DNA from: an uncultured Clostridia bacterium
Lineage (GTDB): Bacteria > Bacillota > Clostridia > Christensenellales > UBA1242
Length of the DNA: 40,003 nt
Direction: 5' to 3'
NCBI GenBank assembly: GCA_949878595.1
Contig: CATLBG010000002.1
Location: 1 to 40,003 of the forward strand
Shown here: piece after piece, positions 21,501-27,232 of the stretch
Layout: every line of letters begins with the position of its first letter
Numbering within the stretch: the first letter of the stretch is position 1
Program-made: the position numbers and the translations under genes
The notes under the pieces: generated by a model
Seen by the model: only the letters and a program-made list of their open reading frames with translations
Database searches by the model: none
What the model was told of the DNA's origin: nothing

Positions 21501-23554
21501 TAACTGGAGGTGACATTGAAGGCTATTATGGTTTATATCAACCAAATGGTTATAACTCTCATGGTTATTATGGTGAGGGCTACACCGCTAGTGATAGAAT
21601 TCATATAGCTTTTAAGAATGTTATTTCTTACCTTACTATAAGTGAAGAGCAAAAAGAAGGTGATATTGACTTAGGTATTGAAGGAAAGACTGTAGATCTT
21701 GATGGCATGACATTCAAAGATTTAAAATCTTATTTAATTGATTCTTTGGTTGATTATCAGAAAAATGAAGGCGAGGGAGCAGAGAATGCTGCTAGATATT
21801 TGACACTTTTCAATCTAATTAGTGGTCAATTTAACTATATGATTAATGAAGATGGCAAGGGCTTAAAGAGTATTGGCACAACACTTTCTTCAGTTAATAA
21901 AGATAAGCAAGATGGTTCAAACCTTGTAAAATATAAAAATGAAATAATTTATCAGGGTAATGACTATGGAACAAAGTCAACTTTATATGCAAGCTTTAAT
22001 ATTGACAGGTCAACAAGAGGCACAATCTTGAAACTTTGCGGAATAGAAAACAGACCAATTGAAGAGCTTGTAAAATTAGAGTATGATGAGCTTTATCAGA
22101 GAAATGGTTCATATGATGAGGCTAAAGGCGATGTATTCATTCTATGCTCATATGATGATGAAACAGGAAAATATGTTCCATTCCTTGCGAGCAACAGTAA
22201 ATATTCTGGTTCTTTTGGTGGAACAAATTACATGGATTATATCAATGATTATGGCCACAGAATTTTCACAGATTATTATGATTCAGAATATGGCGTTAGA
22301 TTTGCATATCCAATCATTGCAAAAGGGATTGTAACTCCAGATTTAAAACCAACTGCAATTAAGATTGAAGACAATGTTGCTAAATTCTATAGAACAGACA
22401 TAACTGCTACTGCAAAGGTTGAAGAGAGTGCTCTTCAAAAAGTTAATGCTTCAGTAGAAACAACAACTGTTGGATATGTGCAATATGTAAATGTTTCTTC
22501 ATTTAACAACATTCAATCAAAAAATGAAGGTAACACTATGTTTATTGGTTCATCAGATATAATGAGCTACATAAACTCAGATGCAAGTGTATACTATGTT
22601 CAATATACAAACGTCTATAATATTTCAAAAGCTGATGGCTTTGACGGAATTTCAGTATTAGATTCATTCTCGGCATTCTTCAATATGTCAATTCAAATGC
22701 ATTTATTAATGGTTCTTGCGTTCATAACATTAGTTCCATTATTATTCAATGCATCTGGTGCAGTTTTAAGAAGAATTTTAGATTTGATTTTATTGGTTCT
22801 TGCTGGACCATTATGCATTTCAATGAATTCATTAAAGCATACAGATGAAGAACAACAGGCATATAGCCAGTGGAAGAAATATATGTTCAGCACACTTCTT
22901 AGTGTGTTTGGATTAATAATTTCATTTAATCTATACTTTATCATGATTTCAATAGTAATGAACATGAATTTTGTTAGTGCTGGTGACTCAACCATGGAGA
23001 GAATTAGCATGATTGGTGGACTAAACTTTGTTACAGCACCAATCCTCAATGCTGCAATAAGAATCATATTTGTGGTTGTTGCAACCAACATAATAGAAAA
23101 TGCAGCAGATATGCTTCTAAATATGCTCACTGGTGGAAAGGCAAACAGCTCATTTAAATCAGCTCTTGGTGGCGAAACAATAATTAAGTCTCTTGGAAGC
23201 TTAAAGGATTCAATGGTTAAAGATATAAGAACTGTAACCTCAGGTGCAAGAGATGTTATTAATGGAAAAATTTTAATTGAAGCAAAGAATGCAGTTGTAG
23301 AATCCCTTCCTGGTGTTCAAGTTGTTAGAGGTGCCGTTGAAGGTGTTGGAAATGTAAATAACTATCTAAAATCTAGAGAACTTTATAAAAAAGCAAGAGC
23401 GAAGGGAATAAATCCATTAGTTGCAAGAGCTGCAGCAAAAGAATATAGAAATAACTACAAAAAACAAAGAGATGAAATAAATAAAAGAAGACAGCAATAT
23501 GCTCAAAGTTTCTATGGCAGAATGGGTCTAAACTATGGTGGAGGCAAAAAATAA
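12545..23554 (+). CDS. Giant polytopic membrane protein (3669 aa), paralogue B; repeat-rich ectodomain, function unknown
   Basis: An uninterrupted 11-kb ORF with AGGAGAG 7 nt before ATG 12545. It has an N-terminal 3-TM module like the 105 and 23573 genes. Shared motifs: AEQYQVMADFIDY (from 13415) and GDVFILCSYDDETGKYVPFL...YPIIAKGIV (22127-22333). A C-terminal hydrophobic cluster lies at about 22697-23145, followed by a basic tail of about 135 aa. Confidence 0.93.
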   Translation: MLNMLKSLMCLIAAEPCSAVSHGQSFLAAMSPSLGWIVIKNVFLWLWNWILSLIWIIEKFVLGIMDALQAIVYEFLGIGTTVDDYLNFATKNDATKILVDTFKAILAVAIVLMIIFTIVAIIRQEIETATNAKGKGNEETNKKGPIVMKLFKGIMSAILLPFAMIAIIGAVNSVLTAFNNALQGENQTTIAGQVLATSTYDVNKYRQYANNNKRVPVLIEAYNVDDYGADQKEELVYKIKSVSVQEKLINTATDINKNLLLSFNESLTYENNKLTNNSKYADYYESFVCTAEQYQVMADFIDYCELTNTNFYIKAIDDNDIEWKYVDSSVFDAANMSLNITYRDANDLDGDGKTNDTYTVSFSMGFDVTSPISNALDSISALLGLNQYGDMKYNEMERDPNSINMVQWANEKVSLHFSYGFKINDMSTWTPADEILMYEYYHFSSNNSLADYSFSDLSYENRGNATLDAYKIVYRDYYPDAGAFSSEKVIYVVYINGSYYKIKKSETEVDSYGNKFYVLDANEDAKFLEKGYTILSEEPEKAELKFVGKQGNFSLNNPSTWSYTDQILIYEYYKDLSYNNTFSNYNISDLGKGIQVSTYKIRDYDAAGNETENRYVLLNGTYYLVSAPSSGSNYVLTGSTSSSNFLESIEDKYLTTYYNYVGSNGNAIKIEDIRGEFGISTNTTTNKTANDFIIDSDDGVIFTNLERNINYVLSEEIEFNLKYTPGFDYRDVDTWSYKDYFLFYLYAKYLNNSSLTVDSLKYTPLPGIVGKFNGKTYYKIQSQLTENNSKYKTVYLCVDDINNISTQNIKNVINEQTTLENNRFSTNDDLAFTLITDPYTVFSKVETEIRDFTFSSNVSFENVNEWKMRDYILFLLDSRGIIGLPANFENYQYNSVVYKGVSIGANLTSNLYSFGSGDKTIYLNENYLVNLGYNDFDEFLDTKLITFIAKRLSNSSNGEIKKLLLEREDLISNIANSDAYNSNTHVFASLVNALINIYGFGAESADKILDIYNDLSTYTYTNSNFIADDLSTYTIFDLAIYLFTGRATGRYNNYIANVNGEMKYIIGDYAVSISNSSIFSSTISQESYVTSGAVNLGGQSLTEYYKDSGLSSKVLMVSKGENSLSHANNLDYIFVSDAVNGNYTNLDVIIAGLNLTQKVSYELYTNGVSNYLLLGEKDNTLYYLTVDNFNMDNIASLSTNSTISLNSNINPFVVSGTYNSFSGSTGSNNYNLMDSVIFELTNNTSPASYRIYTSSLLGGKSYISIDGTFVEYNSSIVNFDRLASGYNDYEDLVDILINNYYNSYVVGNIGSTTGNTNISYNVSDFDLEDINTYTPLRLILNKIGVTSDVSGYLTRSANRLYFVIRLTDINGKVTTYNINVTDFLDADGNDIQSEIVKLRYRAALCYQTSGAFKSPSEVIDDLENLNQNIENAISSYVVSSYTSNPLNFTKEMTEEDISSWNWLDIAHYYVFGTFRTTNDFVLYSDVEVNGNERYLYVGLNSGGTTRFVRFASSILSADGTVKLEDFDSGNRRVSFSLDSDSSLLGLLYYKYTGSESGSVNYAKIGSGEDARRIYSILDQNTGSYVFYIGYEDQSKESSINSVVSANSYTYNLSATTENLYTWNLLDLLIKAADGNLSNKAYNMSSRIYTIDGNRYMLVNGYYINIDLVGATLSEKLQDGSTTEYIRTIEKTRIPSAESFFGYSSNTINDVNSSSAFNYGFIRLRASNVSKKTNPLVTDSTTGNIIASNEVKLYFSEGFDFSDYSSWKNSDFMLYYLFKTGHMDSSVQTFQYYVNLGYVPATMYALESYDNYGSVTINKVYKVGEGECNFGSFANLNASSIEAYRNSVSSDVFNSFIRNIADYNFINYNIWQLQYERQLTNIFTQSNSDADLFVSIDGKPVTNPGIGTFGISITTDINARDFIYNNYYYFNVNTEDEELVNLRVSTSISDSLNDSTETKIINLKLSEGFDINDISTWTILDYIIVREYAYDHSNSTIFGNCEFEELKQDFLIKVYVIKGADGDRNYLMINGHYYNITDAQDGVTGKLTNAVSKSDLINDGYSYSFKLDAGELYYDLSRSREQISRELVKSNDSLVYNLTVDDKTYTYFRKIDSNLERVYRVSLTTLDTYKISVMVRDVNWVQKLMNDMQVIYPDLNWANLIATNGWFDTLGEYHSSYASGQFVASGNTANITAAGMVLSEFLLSIANTSYAGFAEYEYSSVFDEDVINALMLAMLGEQKYETLKIQAKVFVEMFNVGFAQILDDVAAERGLNIVDGEVSNLTMSIYKSYLASILLSSDLGEYLYTIATRVYSQYAIYETLAFASGDYANYYAYINGFADETGKVVDAFKYATFRELVEFENTSLKDDAVPVYTFNYYAVYRAIINSNASKAETNLSLHFGELDALVEWAKTIGITEQQLKNRGYYKTGYTEKDIRNLLTGLGLNNVFVPVSYDTLISKLNAEYETKYTSYRGSTDRFNDNDESHFSYMLHVYWSIRQDLKNRMILTSPVYLRIYEDYIYGNIDRWEIECDMTINASSSLIQYYDIYKLLLQTKKFSYLGSYLLAYFPNLVFTLETEEDYDQFVEDFTIGNYSIDANSMVYRLKEIFPSSTTYGKILNKVFASDTLSPSDIILKTKLMFDSEEGKVSSWNTIVQTRDNIEALLSELADVMDLAVGEKTPNGSIHVNFTQNVYSETYNSLSSIYEKLNDYIGTQNTIDKIEKASITFTLAQFSNNYVESGFEFTIRNKVYTLDTAISAQRLAEYVYGGAYLDQFGVYAQYTSPTFTGIIHPTKAVDTEDGNRVKTKLNCFTELREFAGSIADYTAKLYFLTNLKDLSDNVSDSMLLTEELYATNGYIGAYFGNSGGSYKTSLEYLILDHIVAEEEIYTDTLLRLIFGDTEDSLNRMNCSDIYITLLEKFLSGSTNYSPAESEFINNNKNNGLIKVAENGSIASLSEEFIRLGLRRYLVYIQTTDSNIKTINTGSGYTYLTGGDIEGYYGLYQPNGYNSHGYYGEGYTASDRIHIAFKNVISYLTISEEQKEGDIDLGIEGKTVDLDGMTFKDLKSYLIDSLVDYQKNEGEGAENAARYLTLFNLISGQFNYMINEDGKGLKSIGTTLSSVNKDKQDGSNLVKYKNEIIYQGNDYGTKSTLYASFNIDRSTRGTILKLCGIENRPIEELVKLEYDELYQRNGSYDEAKGDVFILCSYDDETGKYVPFLASNSKYSGSFGGTNYMDYINDYGHRIFTDYYDSEYGVRFAYPIIAKGIVTPDLKPTAIKIEDNVAKFYRTDITATAKVEESALQKVNASVETTTVGYVQYVNVSSFNNIQSKNEGNTMFIGSSDIMSYINSDASVYYVQYTNVYNISKADGFDGISVLDSFSAFFNMSIQMHLLMVLAFITLVPLLFNASGAVLRRILDLILLVLAGPLCISMNSLKHTDEEQQAYSQWKKYMFSTLLSVFGLIISFNLYFIMISIVMNMNFVSAGDSTMERISMIGGLNFVTAPILNAAIRIIFVVVATNIIENAADMLLNMLTGGKANSSFKSALGGETIIKSLGSLKDSMVKDIRTVTSGARDVINGKILIEAKNAVVESLPGVQVVRGAVEGVGNVNNYLKSRELYKKARAKGINPLVARAAAKEYRNNYKKQRDEINKRRQQYAQSFYGRMGLNYGGGKK
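13780..18660 (+). repeat. Protein-level array of at least 8-9 degenerate modules of about 60-90 aa inside the 3669-aa gene
   Basis: Module starts seen at about 13783, 14170, 14690, 15090, 15595, 16880, 17375, 17795 and 18420. Recurrent pattern: hydrophobic-x-hydrophobic-x-F-S-x-G-F-D-x-x-D-x-S-T-W-x-x-x-D-x-I-L-x-Y-E-Y-Y ... N-G-x-Y-Y-x-I. Examples: LKLSEGFDINDISTWTILDYIIVREY...MINGHYYNI, and LYFSEGFDFSDYSSWKNSDFMLYYLF. The repeats are divergent at DNA level. Confidence 0.7.
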
Positions 23555-23572
23555 TACAAAAGGAGAAAACAG

Positions 23573-26500
23573 ATGATTGCAGGTAACATGACAAACTTAA
23601 TAAGTAGCTTAGTGAATTTTGATTCATCTGTTTTCTCACGCTTTGTTTGTGCAAATAATATTTTTTCTGCAGTTCAAAAAGTCATGAATTTCTTGTATGG
23701 ACTATTCTATACAATTGCAAAATATCTATTATATTTAGTAGATTTAATTTTCTCATACATTCAAAAACTTGCTGGATTAGATATGGCTATGGATTCACTT
23801 GAAAGCATGATATCTCCAGATAGTGATATTGTCTTTAATTTGCTTATTTCAGGCAGTGACTTAGTCACGGCAATAATTAGAAACTTAATAGTTTTGGCTA
23901 TTGTAATGATTATAGTTTTTGCAATTATTGCAATAATCAAAGGGCAATATGATGCAATGAAAAAGAATTCGCAGGCTAGCCCTTTTGAAACTTTAAAAAC
24001 AATGTTAAAAGCATTTTTGCTATTATTAGTTACACCTCTTTTTACGATAGGAGGAATAATTGTTTCAGATTTGTTGCTACAAACATTATATAGAGCAACT
24101 AATGTAAGCGGGGCAATGTCGCTTGGCACGCAAGTGTTTGTGTCGGCGTCATCTTCTGCAAATGCATATAGACTTTATGCACAAAATGGAGGACGAATCC
24201 CAATAACTTTTGATGGAACAAAAAGCTCAGAGATAAATGCATATTTTAATGATCATTCAGTTTCAGATGGTTTTGTTAAGTATCTCCAAGATAGCAAAAA
24301 TTCGGGAAATGAAACTAACCCAATTTATGCTACCTACATGACATTTTTGTCATCAGATTTCACTCCTTATATCTCAATGAATGATATTTTAAGTAGTAGT
24401 GATGAGGTCAAAAATACAAAAGAACTATATGATACTTATTATGATTACTATATTCCAAGTGATGGAGAGTCGTTAATTTATCCAGATTTAATGAAAATTC
24501 AATCATATGCAGAACAGTATTATGTTATGGCAGATGTTATTGATTTCTGTGTTAAATCTGGTTCAGAGCTATACATGAGAACAATTGAGCAAGTGCTTAG
24601 AAGCGTTTGTAACTTAAAGGACGACTTCGCAGATAAAGAAAAGATTTTCAGCACACTTGTGAATCAATATGAAATTAAATTTTTCAATGGCTATGACACA
24701 GAAACTAGTCAGCCAATAAATGAAGTTTTAATTAGAACCACAAACGATTATTTAATGAATATTCGCAGAGGTTCACTAATTAGTTTTAATAGCAACTACT
24801 ATGCACCTGATGATTCGGGTGATCCAACAGTTAGAATGCAAATTAGAGTGATTCATGTGGTTGGTGAGACTGATGAACTCAGGGGTGCAAAATTTATTAT
24901 GACCTCAAAAAATGAGGTTCAGACAGCAGATGGCATTTCTCAAAGATATTTTATGCCTCTTGTCAATGGTTATGTTGGAAACTATGGCACAGAATTTAGG
25001 TCAGACTATATTAGAGATGGAAGTATTGTTGTTGCAAAAGGTGTATTCAGCAATTCAAAATATCCAACTGCAATAAAAGTAATTTCTGGTGATATAGATA
25101 AACCGATAATAGCTTTTTATAGGGAAGATATAGATGCTCAAGCAACTGGTCAGCTTGGTGATTATTTCTCGCTCAAGGTTGATGCTCCAAAGGGTGGTTT
25201 CCTAGGAAAACTTATAAAGATGATAAAAGCACTCTTTGACCCATCAGAGCTTATTCCAGAAATCAATGTCAATTTTGATGCACTGCAAATAACCTACGAT
25301 AAATCTAATGGTCCAACTGAAGTTGATACACTCATAGACGGCAGAATACGGCTGGGTTATTTCATGAAATTTAATCCAACTTATCCAACGACAGATCTTG
25401 TCACAAATTTTTGTCTATCATATACTGAGCTATATAGTGCTCCAAAAATGAATTATCTTTTATTGGTGGTTGGCTCATTTTTGCTTGTTAAGGTATGTTT
25501 AAGTGCTATAACATCATTAATTGAAAGAGCTTATGAGCTCTTCCTAATATTCATAACCTATCCTGCGGCTTGTGCTACTATTCCAATTGATAATGGTGGG
25601 GCATATGGCACATGGCTCAAAGGCTATTTTGAGAGAATATTTAGAGCGTATGGATTTATTTTAGGTATAAATTTTGTGCTTATGTTATTCCCAATAATTC
25701 AAAACATAGCGTTTTTCTCGCAAGATGATATAGGAACTTCAAAAATAGTTAGAAGAGTTGGTGTATTATTCTTCAATGTTATGACAGTTCGTCAAATAAC
25801 AGAGTCTCTAAACTTCTTTATTGCAATAATATGTGAGCTCATTGCATTCACACTCATTGAAACAATTCCAGAAACTGTTTCAACTATTATTGGTGGAAAA
25901 GATGCAGCTCTTAACATTAAAGACAACAATGTATTCAAAAAACTCACTGAAAAAGCTGGAAAAGTGACAAGTACAGTTGGAAAAGTTGTTGTTCCTCCAC
26001 TTAAAACACTAGAATATGTTGGATTAAGCATGTCAAGAAGTCAAAAAGCAAAACAGAAAAAGAAACAAATGAGAGATCAACTTAGAAGTAAAGTTATGAC
26101 TAGTGTTGGACTTGATGTATTTAGTTCTCCTTTAACTGAAAAATATAAAGATGAAAATGGCGTGGAAAGAAGGAGATTTACTCAACAAGCCAAAAGTCAA
26201 TGGGGTCTTGGTAGTAAAATTAAGGAAGAAGCAAAGCGTAAGCATGATTTTAAGAAAGCTAAAGCTGAGCAAGATGAAGCTAATGAAAATCTATTTAAAG
26301 TACTCAATGACCCTCTTTCAACAAAAGCTCAAGTTACTGATGCTCTTGCTCACTATGAAGCTATGGCAACAAAGACATCATCAACTACTAGAAATAAGGG
26401 ACTTAAATGTAATCAATGTCATCGTTCATTTACTATTGATAAACTAATGGCAGAAGATAACAAGCGTAAAACAATTATTGAAAAGGATTCAGAAGGTAAA

Positions 26501-26656
26501 GAGGTTAAAAAGAATAATCCAAATTACTTTAAAGATACTCTTAAACAAAGAGGAGGATGGCTTTGTCCAGACTGCTTCATGCCAGGTATGGATCCTGGAA
26601 GTGCTCCAAAACTTGAACCTGTTGATAAAAAAGACAAAGGTTCAGAAAGTAAATAG
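23573..26656 (+). CDS. Large polytopic membrane protein (1027 aa), paralogue C, the minimal version of the family, with a C-terminal CxxC...CxxC zinc-ribbon-like tail
   Basis: The ORF has AAGGAG 8 nt before ATG 23573. It has an N-terminal 3-TM module. Shared motifs: AEQYYVMADVIDF (from 24509) and GAKFIMTSK...YFMPLVNG...IVVAKGVF (24884-25048). A hydrophobic cluster lies at about 25448-25900. The K/R-rich tail carries CNQC (26408-26419) and CPDC (26564-26575). Confidence 0.92.
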   Translation: MIAGNMTNLISSLVNFDSSVFSRFVCANNIFSAVQKVMNFLYGLFYTIAKYLLYLVDLIFSYIQKLAGLDMAMDSLESMISPDSDIVFNLLISGSDLVTAIIRNLIVLAIVMIIVFAIIAIIKGQYDAMKKNSQASPFETLKTMLKAFLLLLVTPLFTIGGIIVSDLLLQTLYRATNVSGAMSLGTQVFVSASSSANAYRLYAQNGGRIPITFDGTKSSEINAYFNDHSVSDGFVKYLQDSKNSGNETNPIYATYMTFLSSDFTPYISMNDILSSSDEVKNTKELYDTYYDYYIPSDGESLIYPDLMKIQSYAEQYYVMADVIDFCVKSGSELYMRTIEQVLRSVCNLKDDFADKEKIFSTLVNQYEIKFFNGYDTETSQPINEVLIRTTNDYLMNIRRGSLISFNSNYYAPDDSGDPTVRMQIRVIHVVGETDELRGAKFIMTSKNEVQTADGISQRYFMPLVNGYVGNYGTEFRSDYIRDGSIVVAKGVFSNSKYPTAIKVISGDIDKPIIAFYREDIDAQATGQLGDYFSLKVDAPKGGFLGKLIKMIKALFDPSELIPEINVNFDALQITYDKSNGPTEVDTLIDGRIRLGYFMKFNPTYPTTDLVTNFCLSYTELYSAPKMNYLLLVVGSFLLVKVCLSAITSLIERAYELFLIFITYPAACATIPIDNGGAYGTWLKGYFERIFRAYGFILGINFVLMLFPIIQNIAFFSQDDIGTSKIVRRVGVLFFNVMTVRQITESLNFFIAIICELIAFTLIETIPETVSTIIGGKDAALNIKDNNVFKKLTEKAGKVTSTVGKVVVPPLKTLEYVGLSMSRSQKAKQKKKQMRDQLRSKVMTSVGLDVFSSPLTEKYKDENGVERRRFTQQAKSQWGLGSKIKEEAKRKHDFKKAKAEQDEANENLFKVLNDPLSTKAQVTDALAHYEAMATKTSSTTRNKGLKCNQCHRSFTIDKLMAEDNKRKTIIEKDSEGKEVKKNNPNYFKDTLKQRGGWLCPDCFMPGMDPGSAPKLEPVDKKDKGSESK

Positions 26657-26690
26657 TATTGAATTTTCTTTTTAAATATTACTTATAAAA

Positions 26691-26720
26691 AAGACGGGCA
26701 GTCATGCTTGTCTTTTTTTG
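26691..26720 (+). terminator. Rho-independent terminator closing the giant-gene operon
   Basis: AAGACGGGCA (26691-26700), loop GTCA, then TGCTTGTCTT (26705-14). This gives a 10-bp stem including two G-U pairs, followed by TTTTTTG. Confidence 0.75.
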
Positions 26721-26728
26721 TGCATTTG

Positions 26729-26737
26729 TGATATAAT
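26729..26737 (+). promoter_or_regulatory. Extended -10 element (TGaTATAAT) immediately upstream of lspA; possible leaderless transcript
   Basis: tgatataat lies at 26729-26737. The lspA ATG is at 26744, about 7 nt downstream, and there is no Shine-Dalgarno between them. Confidence 0.35.
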
Positions 26738-26743
26738 ATATAT

Positions 26744-27232
26744 ATGATACTAGGATTCATTGTTGCAGTAGTTGCCATTGGGTTAGACCAGCTCACAAAG
26801 TTTTTGGTTTATGGAAGTGCTGCAAAGTCAATAATTGGTGATTTTTTATGGTTTCAAAGCACCCTCAACACAGGTGTGGCATTTAGCTTGTTTGAAGATT
26901 TCACAGTAGTTTTTATAATAATTTCAAGCATTGCTTCAGTTCTTATTGGCTGTTTAATTGTTAGCAAAAAACATCTTTCAGGCAAATTTCAAAAATTTTG
27001 TTTGGGTTTAATTCTAGGTGGAACATTTTCAAATCTTATAGACAGAATAATCTTTGGCGGTGTTAGGGACTTTATATATTTAAAATTTATTGACTACGCA
27101 ATTTTTAATGTTGCAGATATGGCTGTGGTGTGTGGAGTTATTTTACTATGTGTTTCACTCATAGTTTCACTATTTAAAGAAGTAAAATTAAACAAAAAGG
27201 AAAGTTCAAGCAAAACAAATGATGGAGCTTAA
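26744..27232 (+). CDS. lspA: Lipoprotein signal peptidase II
   Basis: 162 aa with four hydrophobic helices. Contains IGLDQLTKF, NTGVAFSLF and the FNVADMAV catalytic-Asp motifs typical of LspA. Confidence 0.9.
   Translation: MILGFIVAVVAIGLDQLTKFLVYGSAAKSIIGDFLWFQSTLNTGVAFSLFEDFTVVFIIISSIASVLIGCLIVSKKHLSGKFQKFCLGLILGGTFSNLIDRIIFGGVRDFIYLKFIDYAIFNVADMAVVCGVILLCVSLIVSLFKEVKLNKKESSSKTNDGA

Larger units (their letters stand above)
105..26720 (+). other. Five-gene T4SS-like operon (giant membrane protein / coiled-coil protein / VirB3-VirB4 fusion ATPase / giant membrane protein / large membrane protein) ending at a single intrinsic terminator
   Basis: The genes are co-directional with intergenic gaps of 20, 93, 21 and 18 nt. 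Each gene has a Shine-Dalgarno sequence. No hairpin plus T-run occurs until 26691-26720. The left boundary is unknown because the window is truncated. Confidence 0.6.

Noticed and set aside
22693-23130. 145-aa minus-strand ORF antisense to the C-terminal TM module of the 3669-aa gene. Similar antisense ORFs lie at 23761..24129, 12796..13083, 31843..32283 and 6320..6592.
   Set aside because: All lie entirely inside long, well-supported + strand genes. They have no SD and are the expected mirror-frame artefacts of AT-rich or hydrophobic-coding DNA. The same applies to every short same-strand out-of-frame ORF in the track.
12545-23554. Rhs/YD-repeat polymorphic toxin interpretation of the Tyr-Tyr-rich giant proteins.
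   Set aside because: There is no YDxxGR(L/I) periodicity, no PxxxxDPxGL-type cleavage motif and no small C-terminal toxin or adjacent immunity gene. Instead the C-terminus is a multi-TM module shared with two paralogues.
1-26720. Calling the block a prophage or a standard ICE (mobile_element feature).
   Set aside because: The visible part has no integrase, relaxase, coupling protein, capsid, terminase or portal genes, and no att repeats or tRNA. The left end is outside the window, so mobility can be neither asserted nor excluded. I therefore annotated it as type other.
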